35,488 bases of DNA from a virus (taxonomy: Duplodnaviria > Caudoviricetes). Positions 25,601 through 34,388 of this stretch are shown one piece after another. The stretch covers positions 1-35,488 of the IMG/VR virus record IMGVR_UViG_3300005805_000241; one strand, given 5' to 3'. Every line of letters starts with the position of its first letter. Position 1 is the first letter of the stretch. Below the pieces are notes generated by a model. That model was not told the origin of the DNA. It searched no databases and worked only from the letters and a program-made list of their open reading frames with translations. Made by a program: the position numbers and the translations under genes.

Positions 25601-28600
25601 TCTCGATTTTAGACCTCAAGTACCAGTATTTACAGGATCTTCTTCTTCACCATTCGACTTTTCATCAAGAAATTTTGGAACAAATCCTAAATTTATATTA
25701 GCACCAGATGAAAGTTCTACTGTTTCATATTCACATTATTTACCAAGAATTGATAAAGTTTATCTTGACAAATCTGGAGATTTTATTATTGAAAAGGGAG
25801 TTCCATCAGTTAGACCAAGGGAACCAGTAAACACTGGAGAAGTTTTAGAACTCGCTACAATATCTCTTCCACCATATTTGTTTAAACCATCAGATGGTTT
25901 AGTGTTTATTAAAGATAATCAACGTTTTACTATGAGGGATATTGGTGATATTAAAAATAAAGTAGATAATTTAGAAAAATTAACCTCTTTATCTTTACTA
26001 GAACTCAGTACACAAACTTTACAAGTTCAAGATGCTCAAGGATTTGATAGATTTAAAACTGGATTTTTTGTAGATGATTTTAAAAATTATGATTTAATTG
26101 ACCTTAGTTTATCCACTCTTGAAATTGATCCTGTTGCCGGAGAATTAGTACCTTTTACAACAAGAAATACTTTAGAATCTCAAATTGTAGGAGCAGTTAG
26201 TACTACCGATGAAACTTTAGATTTATCAACTAACTTTGAACTCTTAGATTCAAACGTAGTAAAGAGTGGGAATTTACTTACTTTGAATTATGAACAAGTT
26301 CAGTGGATTCGTCAACCATTAGCAACAAAAGTTGAAAATGTAAACCCATTTAATGTTATTGCATATATTGGAACAATTAATTTATCACCTGAAAGTGATA
26401 GTTGGGTAAGAACAGTCACATTACCTACAATATCATCAGGTTCTTCTAATACCGTTAGAGTTAATCAATTACCTCAATTCACACGTGGTAATGAACAACA
26501 AAGAAATGCTCTTGTAAATCAATTAAGAGGAACTTCGCAAACTACTACGTCAGTTTCAACTTCTGTAGTAGAGACTGCAGAAGTTTTCATGAGATCTAGA
26601 AACACTCAATTTACTGCTTCTAATCTCAAACCTCTTACAAGATATTATCAATTCTTTGATAATAACAGTGAGGTTGATTTTGTACCAAAACTTCTTGAAA
26701 TTTCTCCAGATGCTAGTCTTCAAGAATATGGATCAGTAAATTCATTTATTGTTGGAGAGACTGTTATTGGTTTCACAGACTCTATTGATGCTGCAAGTAG
26801 AACTACAATTAGATTTAGAGTTGCAAATTCCAATCATAAATTTGGACCTTATAATAATCCAACAAGAACCTACAATATAAATCCATACGCAAGAGATGAG
26901 GATCTTCCAACAGCATATAGTCCATCATCAAAAGTATTAAATATTGATACTGAATCTTTATCATCTCAAGCACAAGGATTATATGGTGGATTTATAATAC
27001 CGGCAACAAGATTGGTTGGACAAACAAGTGGTGCTGTTGCTTATGTAAAAGATATTCGTCTTATTACCGACAATTATGGAGATTTAATAGGAACATTCTT
27101 CTTAAGAGATCCAAATACTTCTCCACCACCACCAATAAGAATAAACACTGGTACTAAAACTTATAGATTAACTTCAAGTTCATCTAATGCATTACCACTC
27201 CCAGGAAGTACTTTAATTTCTTTCGGAGAAACTACATATCGTTCAGAAGGAACTTTAAGAACTGTTCAATCATTTGTATCTTCTTCAACAACTAATTTTA
27301 TAGATCCTCTTGCACAATCATTTACCGTAGGTGGTAATGTAGATACAACAGATCAAAATGCATTTAGTGAAGATAGAAATGGTGCTTTTATAACATCACT
27401 TGATTTATATTTTGCATCTAAGGATACTCAAAATAATCCAGTTACAGTTCAAATAAGAACTGTAGAACTTTCTACACCAACTAGAAATGTCTTGGGTAGA
27501 GGAAAAGTTTTATATCCAGATGAAATTCAAACTTCACCAGATGCTTCTGTACCAACAAGAGTAACATTTGATTTCCCAATTTACTTAGCACCTGGGCAGC
27601 AATATGCCATAGTATTACTTGCACCACAAAGTGATGAGTATGAAGTTTGGGTCGCTGAAATGGGTCAAAGAGTTGTTAATTCTGAATTATTGCCATTTGG
27701 AAATGAAGTTATCTATTCAAGACAGTTTTCATTAGGTAGACTTTATAAGTCTCAAAATGGAGCAGAATGGACTGGAGATGATTTCTTAGATCTTAAATTT
27801 ACTCTTTATAAAGCAAGATTTACATCTCAAAATGGAACTGCTTATTTCCAAAATCCATCTCTAGACTCTAGTAATGATTATGTTAGATTATTGGGATCTA
27901 ATCCAATTCTAACTATACCTAAATCAGTAAGACTTTCTATTGACCCTATAACAGATGGTGGTTTAATTGGTTTATTATCTAATGGTAGAAAAATATCTGA
28001 AAGTACAAAAACTTCAAACTTTGGATTTATATCAGGAAAAGGTGGTACTCCAGATGCTACGGTAAATGTTTTATCAGGAGGATCTAATTATGCATTTGGC
28101 GGTGCTCCATATGTCGTAAGTACTTATCCAATAACTGGATCTGGATCTGGATTAACTCTTACTATCGCCCCAGTTGATGGAGTTTTAGTTGGAGGGGGAG
28201 GAGTTGTTATTGACAATCCAGGATCTGGATATGATGTTGGTGATGTTGTAGGAATTGTAACATCTTCTGTTACTTCTTTAAGTGGAAGTGGAGCTAGAAT
28301 AGGTATTACTTCAATTACCAATATAACTACTATTACTTTAGACAATGTTCAAGGAGGATCTTTTACTAATGGATCATCATTAGTATATGTTAATAATTCA
28401 AATCAAAGAGTTACTCTTGGATCGACTACAATTACAGCATCATCTGATATTAGATCTGGAGGTAGATTTAGAGTATCACACTTTAATCATGGCATGTATG
28501 CCAAAAATAATAAGGTAGAAATATCTAATGTTTTACCAAATTATCCTCCTATAAGCATAACTGCAGAAGTAACTTCAAGTGATTCTTTAATCAAAGTTGC

Positions 28601-29816
28601 TGCAGGTGACACATCAAGTTTTGGAACATTTGAAGGTCTTCCAGTAAGTGCCACTAATCCAGGTTATATTTTGGTTGGTGGCAGTGATGGCGAAATAATT
28701 TCTTATCAATCTGTTGGAGTAGACGGAACTATTACTGTTATTTCTAGAGGAGAAGACTCAACCATTCCATTGGATTATAATATTGGAACCTTAATTTATA
28801 AGTATGAGTTAAATGGAATATCTCTAAGAAGAATTAATACAACTCATGATCTTGCTGACGATTTTATTACATATGATGGATATTCTATTGATGTTGATTT
28901 AACTAAAAATGGAGTTAATAGAAGTGCTGATAATATATCAATACCAAACTCACCAAAATTATGTTTTAATTCTTTAGAATCTATTGGAGGTAATGGAGTT
29001 AGGGCAAGTGAAAATATTCACTATGATTCATTAATTCCAAGATACGATGTAATTACTCCAGGATCTTTAACATCAGCAACCGTTACTGTCAGGACAGTAA
29101 GTGGAACTTCTATAGATGGTCAAGAAGTATCATTTGTAGATCAAGGATTTGAACCTGTACAATTAAATCAGATTAATAAATTATCTTCTACTAGAATTGT
29201 ATGTTCTCGTATAAATGAAACTACTTATTTAACAGGATTACCTAGAAATAAATCTTTCACAACTGCTATTACTTTAGAGACAGCAGATTCTAATTTATCC
29301 CCAGCAATAATATTTAATACTGGAACAACAGAATTTAGAAGTAATATTATAAACAGACCTGTTTTGGATTATATTACTGATGGAACAACGAATACTAGAA
29401 ATGGAGATTTACATGCGGCAGTTTATGTATCTAACGTAGTAAGACTTCAGCAACAGGCAAAAGGATTGAAAGTTATTTTAACTGCTTGCAGACCTCCTTC
29501 TGCAGATTTGAGAGTTCTTTACTCATTGATAAGACCAGATTCAAGTGAAATTGATCAAAGTTTTGAATTATTCCCAGGATATAGAAACTTAACTACAAAT
29601 ATAAATGGTGAATTGGTTCCAATTGATTCCAATAGAAATGATGGAACTCCAGATTCTATTGTACCAGCAAGTCTTAATGATCAATTCTTGGAATATGAAT
29701 ATACTGCAGATAATTTAGACTTCTTTACTGGTTATCAAATCAAAGTAGTTCTTTCTGGAACTGATCAAGCGAATCCTCCAAGATTAAGAGACATTAGGAC
29801 AATTGCATTAAGATGA
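22611..29816 (+). CDS. Large virion structural protein, VrlC/DUF4815-like, 2401 aa
   Basis: LNVSPYFDDF, KVLFNPGRPIQARELTTLQSILQNQ, APGADRF, RTYDESGDY, RFKTGFFVDDF, DPLAQSF, LYKSQNG; usual position after gp8 in T4-like cyanophages. Confidence 0.85.
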   Translation: MAQKTDLNVSPYFDDFSSDKNFYKVLFNPGRPIQARELTTLQSILQNQLESFGSNIFQEGSVVVPGNIVYDSNFNSIKLNPLNFGIDVSLYVDQLVGKTVVGETSGVTAVVQFVALPDNKDVTDITIYVKYSNSDTDFNITPFLDGESLTCLEDITYGLTTITAGTVFASLISLNASSVGSSASIGDGIYFIRGYFVKVNKQTIILDYYTNTPSYRVGLRVTEDIVTPNDDPSLFDNAKGFNNFSAPGADRFKISLTLSKKSIDDINDVDFVEILRVEDGRIKKLEEKSNYSIVRDYLAQRTYDESGDYAVEKFNISLHDSLNDRLGNDGLFFDTETTSFGNEPSDDLLCVKISPGKAYVRGYDINKLGTTILDVEKPRDTRFVPFSNVFFEMGNLIKVNNVYGTAREKATIGLYSQRRDGTTTPQGTKIGDARVYKFSLTDESYISAITDFNLYLYDVQTYTTLTLDQNLSNTQLPATSFVKGKSSGATGYAVSAGNDTTTVTLRQTSGSFLNGESIIINGVEIYPRSINGIVVYSTKDIKSAYQAAAAGFTDFICDVTLENTSIGDEITIRSDGNAFSPVPLSGVKVNDIIRYNIPGISTVTYNRVAGINVNSTVLTLNTVTSVPGLCLGDYPTGEIQTNFTVVGTEISNQEKGYLYSELVDSYIESLNLSNSTVLISSQITGKNVSSNSLTLSLSDVSGITSAFFQPYINQRYSVHYSDGTIDKLTSDQVVVTGSQVQLNNLDKASDSNVVVNVTLAKNGLQSKIKQFNRSRTLSISLSKNPESGSNLGSSINDGLTYNQYYGLRVQDEEICLNYPDVSEVISVYESLDSSDPVLDKITFNTNENVTQNAIIGENFVGQTSKAIGRVVSKPSGELDTLSVVYLSSARFLENEFVIFKDSNIVSDIKSITAGRYKDITNNFALDKGQRDQYYDYSRLVRGQNYPEPARKLFVVFDYYSVPSNDRGDVFTVLSYDKDRYTKDIPLIGSRNYRSSDVLDFRPQVPVFTGSSSSPFDFSSRNFGTNPKFILAPDESSTVSYSHYLPRIDKVYLDKSGDFIIEKGVPSVRPREPVNTGEVLELATISLPPYLFKPSDGLVFIKDNQRFTMRDIGDIKNKVDNLEKLTSLSLLELSTQTLQVQDAQGFDRFKTGFFVDDFKNYDLIDLSLSTLEIDPVAGELVPFTTRNTLESQIVGAVSTTDETLDLSTNFELLDSNVVKSGNLLTLNYEQVQWIRQPLATKVENVNPFNVIAYIGTINLSPESDSWVRTVTLPTISSGSSNTVRVNQLPQFTRGNEQQRNALVNQLRGTSQTTTSVSTSVVETAEVFMRSRNTQFTASNLKPLTRYYQFFDNNSEVDFVPKLLEISPDASLQEYGSVNSFIVGETVIGFTDSIDAASRTTIRFRVANSNHKFGPYNNPTRTYNINPYARDEDLPTAYSPSSKVLNIDTESLSSQAQGLYGGFIIPATRLVGQTSGAVAYVKDIRLITDNYGDLIGTFFLRDPNTSPPPPIRINTGTKTYRLTSSSSNALPLPGSTLISFGETTYRSEGTLRTVQSFVSSSTTNFIDPLAQSFTVGGNVDTTDQNAFSEDRNGAFITSLDLYFASKDTQNNPVTVQIRTVELSTPTRNVLGRGKVLYPDEIQTSPDASVPTRVTFDFPIYLAPGQQYAIVLLAPQSDEYEVWVAEMGQRVVNSELLPFGNEVIYSRQFSLGRLYKSQNGAEWTGDDFLDLKFTLYKARFTSQNGTAYFQNPSLDSSNDYVRLLGSNPILTIPKSVRLSIDPITDGGLIGLLSNGRKISESTKTSNFGFISGKGGTPDATVNVLSGGSNYAFGGAPYVVSTYPITGSGSGLTLTIAPVDGVLVGGGGVVIDNPGSGYDVGDVVGIVTSSVTSLSGSGARIGITSITNITTITLDNVQGGSFTNGSSLVYVNNSNQRVTLGSTTITASSDIRSGGRFRVSHFNHGMYAKNNKVEISNVLPNYPPISITAEVTSSDSLIKVAAGDTSSFGTFEGLPVSATNPGYILVGGSDGEIISYQSVGVDGTITVISRGEDSTIPLDYNIGTLIYKYELNGISLRRINTTHDLADDFITYDGYSIDVDLTKNGVNRSADNISIPNSPKLCFNSLESIGGNGVRASENIHYDSLIPRYDVITPGSLTSATVTVRTVSGTSIDGQEVSFVDQGFEPVQLNQINKLSSTRIVCSRINETTYLTGLPRNKSFTTAITLETADSNLSPAIIFNTGTTEFRSNIINRPVLDYITDGTTNTRNGDLHAAVYVSNVVRLQQQAKGLKVILTACRPPSADLRVLYSLIRPDSSEIDQSFELFPGYRNLTTNINGELVPIDSNRNDGTPDSIVPASLNDQFLEYEYTADNLDFFTGYQIKVVLSGTDQANPPRLRDIRTIALR

Positions 29817-30025
29817 TGATACCAGTAGAAGGATTTCCAAATCTGTATAGAGACGAACAGACAGGAGCAATAATAAACTGTGATAATAATGGTTACAACC
29901 AATATCTTTCATCTGTAAAAAGAAGAAGGAATCAATTAGTAGAAATTGATTCCTTAAAAAAAGAGGTGAAAGAACTAAGATCTCTAGTAATGGAACTATT
30001 AAACAATGAATCCAGACAAAATTAA
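29813..30025 (+). CDS. Conserved small phage protein with C-terminal coiled coil, 70 aa
   Basis: IPVEGFPNLYRDEQTGAIINCD; ATGA overlap with the upstream gene. Confidence 0.8.
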   Translation: MMIPVEGFPNLYRDEQTGAIINCDNNGYNQYLSSVKRRRNQLVEIDSLKKEVKELRSLVMELLNNESRQN

Positions 30026-30176
30026 ACTAGATTCTATTGATAAACTTTTCGAATATGAAAAACATGTTCGTCTAATTGATGAAATGAATGATGAAGAATT
30101 AAAAATTTTTGCCAAATTATATTGCAAACTTTATTTGAAGCAACAAGAAGTTATTAGTGATCTGGCAAATATATAA
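30006..30176 (+). CDS. Small helical protein, NblA-like, 56 aa (not in ORF track)
   Basis: MNPDKIKLDSIDKLFEYEKHVRLIDEMNDEELKIFAKLYCKLYLKQQEVISDLANI fills the gap exactly; the ORF is likely real, the NblA assignment is tentative. Confidence 0.6.
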   Translation: MNPDKIKLDSIDKLFEYEKHVRLIDEMNDEELKIFAKLYCKLYLKQQEVISDLANI

Positions 30177-30179
30177 ATA
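30172..30179 (+). promoter_or_regulatory. T4-type late promoter
   Basis: Exact TATAAATA overlapping the stop of 30006-30176. Confidence 0.85.
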
Positions 30180-30202
30180 TAATTAAAGATACTGATTGAA
30201 AA

Positions 30203-30553
30203 ATGGCAGTATATGTCTCAAACATTGTTATTGAGCAAGGAGCTAATTTTTCAACTACTTTTGAGTTGGAAGACACAATTACCAATTTACCATTGAGTTT
30301 GGTTGGTTTTGGAGTTACTGCTCAAATAAGAAAAAGTTACACTAGTTCTTCTTCAGTTTCATTTGCATCATCTATAGTTACTGCAAGTGAAGGAACCCTA
30401 TCAATTTCACTCACTCCAGAACAAACAAGTTCCTTGAAGTCTGGAAGGTATGTTTATGATGTTGTTCTTCAACAAACTTTGTTAAATGGTAACATAGCAA
30501 AAACCAGAGCAGTTGAAGGTATGGCATTAGTAAGGGGAGGTGTAACTCGATAA
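30203..30553 (+). CDS. Putative virion structural protein (Ig-like beta fold), 116 aa
   Basis: NIVIEQGANF, AQIRKSY, ISLTPEQTSSLKSGRYVYDV, RAVEG. Confidence 0.75.
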   Translation: MAVYVSNIVIEQGANFSTTFELEDTITNLPLSLVGFGVTAQIRKSYTSSSSVSFASSIVTASEGTLSISLTPEQTSSLKSGRYVYDVVLQQTLLNGNIAKTRAVEGMALVRGGVTR

Positions 30554-30858
30554 TGTCAAACGTAAAAGTAAAAGTAAATCAGTCACCTCAAATAAATGTA
30601 AGAGTAGGGCAACAACCTGCTGTTAAAATTATTTCTAACGCAAATGCTCCATTAAGAAGATATGTAGATTTAATAGATGTTAATACTACAAATTTACAAA
30701 ATGGAGATATTGCAGTTTATGATAGTATAACTGAAAAATTTGTTAGTCAGTCAAATTTAACTTTATCAAACTTAATTGTTAATCAAACTGCAACTTTTAA
30801 TGGTCCAGTAAATCTTGGAGATACTGTTCATATAGAATTAGATGGGGGTATTTACTGA
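30553..30858 (+). CDS. Hypothetical virion-associated protein, 101 aa
   Basis: 1-nt overlaps on both sides; DLIDVNTTNLQNGDIAVYD fibre-like motif; C-terminal LDGGIY. Confidence 0.75.
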   Translation: MSNVKVKVNQSPQINVRVGQQPAVKIISNANAPLRRYVDLIDVNTTNLQNGDIAVYDSITEKFVSQSNLTLSNLIVNQTATFNGPVNLGDTVHIELDGGIY

Positions 30859-31694
30859 TGAAACCGTCCAGTAGACAAGAACTAATCGATTATTCTTTAA
30901 GAAAATTGGGGGCACCAGTTTTAGAAATTAATCTTGACGATGATCAAATTGATGACTGCGTAGATGATGCTCTTCAATATTTCCATGAAAGACACTTTGA
31001 TGGTGTCGAAAGAATGTATTTGAAATATAAAATTAGTCAAGATGATTTAGATAGAGGAACAGCAGGTGGAACTAATGGAGTTGGGATAGTTACCACAACT
31101 GCAACATCTACTATTAATGGATCTTCTAAAACATTCAATTTTTATGAAAATTCTAATTACATTCAAATACCAGATTCTGTAATAGGTATAGAAAAAGTAT
31201 TTAAATTTGATACTAGTGACATTTCTGGTGGTATGTTTAGTATTAAATATCAATTATTTTTGAATGATTTGTATTATTTTAATTCCGTAGAATTACTTCA
31301 ATATACTATGGTGAAAACTTATTTGGAAGATATTGATTTTTTACTTAAAACTGATAAACAAATTAGATTTAACAAAAGACAAAATAGATTATATTTAGAT
31401 ATTGACTGGAAGGCAAAATCTAAAGATACTTTTTTAGTGATTGAATGTTATAGAATTTTAGATCCTAACGATTTCACTAAAGTTTATAATGATAGTTTTT
31501 TGAAAAAATATTTGACTGCTCTGATGAAGAAACAATGGGGTCAAAATTTAATTAAATTTAGGGGTGTGAAGTTACCTGGAGGTGTTGAATTAAATGGAAG
31601 AGAAATATATGAAGATGGAGAAAGAGAACTGCAAGAATTAAAAGATAAGATGATGCTTGAGTACGAATTACCTCCATTGGATATGATTGGATAA
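30858..31694 (+). CDS. gp13: Neck protein gp13
   Basis: LRKLGAPVLEINLDDDQ, YFHERHFDG, KKQWGQNLIKF-x-GVKLPGGVELNG. Confidence 0.96.
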   Translation: MKPSSRQELIDYSLRKLGAPVLEINLDDDQIDDCVDDALQYFHERHFDGVERMYLKYKISQDDLDRGTAGGTNGVGIVTTTATSTINGSSKTFNFYENSNYIQIPDSVIGIEKVFKFDTSDISGGMFSIKYQLFLNDLYYFNSVELLQYTMVKTYLEDIDFLLKTDKQIRFNKRQNRLYLDIDWKAKSKDTFLVIECYRILDPNDFTKVYNDSFLKKYLTALMKKQWGQNLIKFRGVKLPGGVELNGREIYEDGERELQELKDKMMLEYELPPLDMIG

Positions 31695-33148
31695 TGGCAC
31701 TTAATCCGTATTTTCTCCAAGGATCTCCAGGAGAACAAAATTTAGTTCAAGATTTAATAAATGAACATCTAAGGATGTTTGGAATAGAAGTTTATTATAT
31801 TCCAAGAAAACAATTAAAAACTGACAACATAATTAGAGAAGTTTTATCATCTAAATTTGATGATAATTTTTCTATAGAAGTTTATTTGAATAATTACGAA
31901 GGTTATTCAAATAATAGTGATATTATGACTAAGTTTGGATTGACATTAAAAAATGAGTTATCTTTAATTTTATCCGTAGAAAGATTTGAAGAATTCATTA
32001 CACCATTCTTAAACCCAATTTTAGAAACTCAAAAAGAAAATCCTCAATTTAAAAATGAGGTAGATGGTGGAGCAGATCTTGTTATTTCAACAAGACCAAA
32101 AGAGGGAGATTTAATATATTTTCCTCTTGGACAAAGAATTTTTGAGATTAAAAGAGTTGAATTTGAAAGTCCTTTTTATCAATTAGGAAAAAATTATATT
32201 TACGAATTAAAATGTGAATTATTCGAATATGAGGATGAGATTATTGACACTGATATTGAAATAATTCAAGAAACTGTAAAAGAATCTGGTTATATCACTA
32301 CATTAATTTTATCAGGTATTGGAGTTTCGGCAATTGCAACCCCAAACTTAACTTATGACACATACACTACTGAAGTAACTAGTTCTGTAAGAAAAATTTA
32401 CTTAACTAATGATGGTTATGATTATATTTCACCACCAACAGTAACTATTGATCCTCCTCCGATTGGAGGACAAAGAGCAACTGCTGTAGCAATTACAACA
32501 TCTATCAACGGTGCAAATTCTATAAAAGAAATATTATTGATAAATTGTGGATATGGATATACAACAGTACCAAAAATAACAATAACTGGTGGTGGTGGAT
32601 CGGGTGCTGCTGCAACTGTTGGATTAACAACTAGCGGAATTTATGGATTTAATATTTCAAATACAGGATCTAAGTATTTTACAACTCCAAGTATAACAAT
32701 TGAAAGTCCAAATGTAATTGGAATTGGAACTACAGTAGCAGTGGGAGTTGCATCAATAACTTCCAATTCTTTAACTCACATATACATTCGCGATGCTGGT
32801 GTAGGATATACTACCTCCCCATCAATTGGAATTTCTTCACCATCACAACTAGGAATCGGAACTTATATTAGAAATGAAAAGATAATAGGATCTTCAAGTA
32901 ATACATCCGCATACATTAAAGATTGGATGTTTACTCAAAATAATGATCTTTTATTAAAAGTTTCTATAAATAATGGTATCTTTAGAGTCGGTGAAACCGT
33001 CGTCGGTTCTTCATCATCTGCAATTTATACTGTAAAATCATTTACTCAAGATGATTTATATGATACTTATGCAGAAAATATTCAAATTGAAGAAAGTGCA
33101 GATTCTATTTTAGATTTTTCAGAATTAAATCCATTCGGTAATTATTAA
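31694..33148 (+). CDS. gp14: Neck protein gp14 with a large internal insertion
   Basis: EQNLVQDLINE, YYIPR, KFG, RPKEGDLIYFP, PFYQLGK, C-terminal LDFSELNPFG. Confidence 0.93.
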   Translation: MALNPYFLQGSPGEQNLVQDLINEHLRMFGIEVYYIPRKQLKTDNIIREVLSSKFDDNFSIEVYLNNYEGYSNNSDIMTKFGLTLKNELSLILSVERFEEFITPFLNPILETQKENPQFKNEVDGGADLVISTRPKEGDLIYFPLGQRIFEIKRVEFESPFYQLGKNYIYELKCELFEYEDEIIDTDIEIIQETVKESGYITTLILSGIGVSAIATPNLTYDTYTTEVTSSVRKIYLTNDGYDYISPPTVTIDPPPIGGQRATAVAITTSINGANSIKEILLINCGYGYTTVPKITITGGGGSGAAATVGLTTSGIYGFNISNTGSKYFTTPSITIESPNVIGIGTTVAVGVASITSNSLTHIYIRDAGVGYTTSPSIGISSPSQLGIGTYIRNEKIIGSSSNTSAYIKDWMFTQNNDLLLKVSINNGIFRVGETVVGSSSSAIYTVKSFTQDDLYDTYAENIQIEESADSILDFSELNPFGNY

Positions 33149-33945
33149 TGCTAGGAACATATTACTATCACCAAATTATTAGAAAGACCATTATTTCGTT
33201 TGGTACTTTATTTAATGATATACACATTAAACATGAGGGAGTGAATGGGTCCGAATATTCTGATATTAAGGTTCCTCTTGCATACGGTCCAATGCAAAAG
33301 TTTCTTGCAAAAATACAACAGCAGGAAAAATTAGCAAAACCAATTGCAATTACATTACCTAGAATGTCATTTGAAATGGTTTCTATTCAATATGATAATA
33401 CAAGGAAATCTGGTGTTACCCAAACTTTTAAAGCAATTGATGGAAATAATTTGAAAAAAGTTTTTATGCCAGTTCCTTATAATATTGGATTTGAATTAAA
33501 AATTCTTTCAAAGTTAAATGATGATGCATTACAAATTGTAGAGCAAATTTTACCTTACTTCCAACCATCATTTAATTTAACCATAGACTTAGTAGATTCT
33601 ATTGGTGAAAAAAGAGATGTGCCAATTGTTTTAGATAGCGTTACATTTGAAGATGATTATGAAGGAGATTTTACAACCAGAAGAGCATTAATATACACAT
33701 TAGGATTTACTGCAAAAACTTACTTATTTGGACCAATAGCTGAATCTACAGAAGGTCTGATTCGTAAGGTTCAAGTTGATTACTATACGGGAACTGACAC
33801 ACAATCTGCTAAGAGAGAACTGAGATATACAGTTACTCCAGATCCAATTGATGCTGAACCAGATGATGATTTTGGATTCTCCGAAACAATAGAAAACTTC
33901 TCTGATTCAAGATCTTATAGTCCAACACAACAAACAGACATTTGA
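33148..33945 (+). CDS. gp15: Tail sheath stabilizer/completion protein gp15
   Basis: FGTLFNDI, VPLAYGP, LPRMSFE, QIVEQILPYFQP. Confidence 0.95.
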   Translation: MLGTYYYHQIIRKTIISFGTLFNDIHIKHEGVNGSEYSDIKVPLAYGPMQKFLAKIQQQEKLAKPIAITLPRMSFEMVSIQYDNTRKSGVTQTFKAIDGNNLKKVFMPVPYNIGFELKILSKLNDDALQIVEQILPYFQPSFNLTIDLVDSIGEKRDVPIVLDSVTFEDDYEGDFTTRRALIYTLGFTAKTYLFGPIAESTEGLIRKVQVDYYTGTDTQSAKRELRYTVTPDPIDAEPDDDFGFSETIENFSDSRSYSPTQQTDI

Positions 33946-33954
33946 GAGTAAATT

Positions 33955-34377
33955 ATGTCTAAAAACTTTGACAAACTTGCAGAAACTTTTAATGTTGATA
34001 ATAATATTATTGATGTTAATTTAAAATCATCTGATATAGAATTAGTTAAAAATGAAACAGATGACATTAAAAAAGATTACGAATATACCAGAGCAAATCT
34101 TTATTCATTGATTGAAAAAGGTCAAGAAGCAATTAATGGAATTATGGAACTTGCTTCGGAAAGTGATCAACCGAGAGCATATGAAGTTGCCGGTCAATTA
34201 ATTAAAAGTGTTGGTGATGTTACAGATAAACTTATAGATCTTCAGAAAAAACTTAAGGATGTTGAAGATACTAACACTAAAACTACTAATAATGTTACAA
34301 ATAATGCTTTATTTGTAGGATCTACGTCTGAACTTTCTAAATTACTCAAACAAGGTTTTCTAAATAATAAAGAGTAG
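33955..34377 (+). CDS. gp16: Terminase small subunit gp16
   Basis: DYEYTRANL, PRAYEVAGQLIK, ALFVGSTSEL. Confidence 0.95.
   Translation: MSKNFDKLAETFNVDNNIIDVNLKSSDIELVKNETDDIKKDYEYTRANLYSLIEKGQEAINGIMELASESDQPRAYEVAGQLIKSVGDVTDKLIDLQKKLKDVEDTNTKTTNNVTNNALFVGSTSELSKLLKQGFLNNKE
34359..34366 (+). promoter_or_regulatory. Probable late promoter variant
   Basis: TCTAAATA 22 nt upstream of GTG 34389. Confidence 0.55.
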
Positions 34378-34388
34378 AAATTATAAAC

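Noticed and set aside
7924-29816. Inteins, introns or programmed frameshifts explaining the giant ORFs
   Set aside because: Frames are continuous; no Hint/LAGLIDADG motifs or intein-type HN-C/S/T junction context was recognised
33955-34377. pac site inside gp16
   Set aside because: Plausible by analogy to T4, but no repeat or sequence feature supports it here
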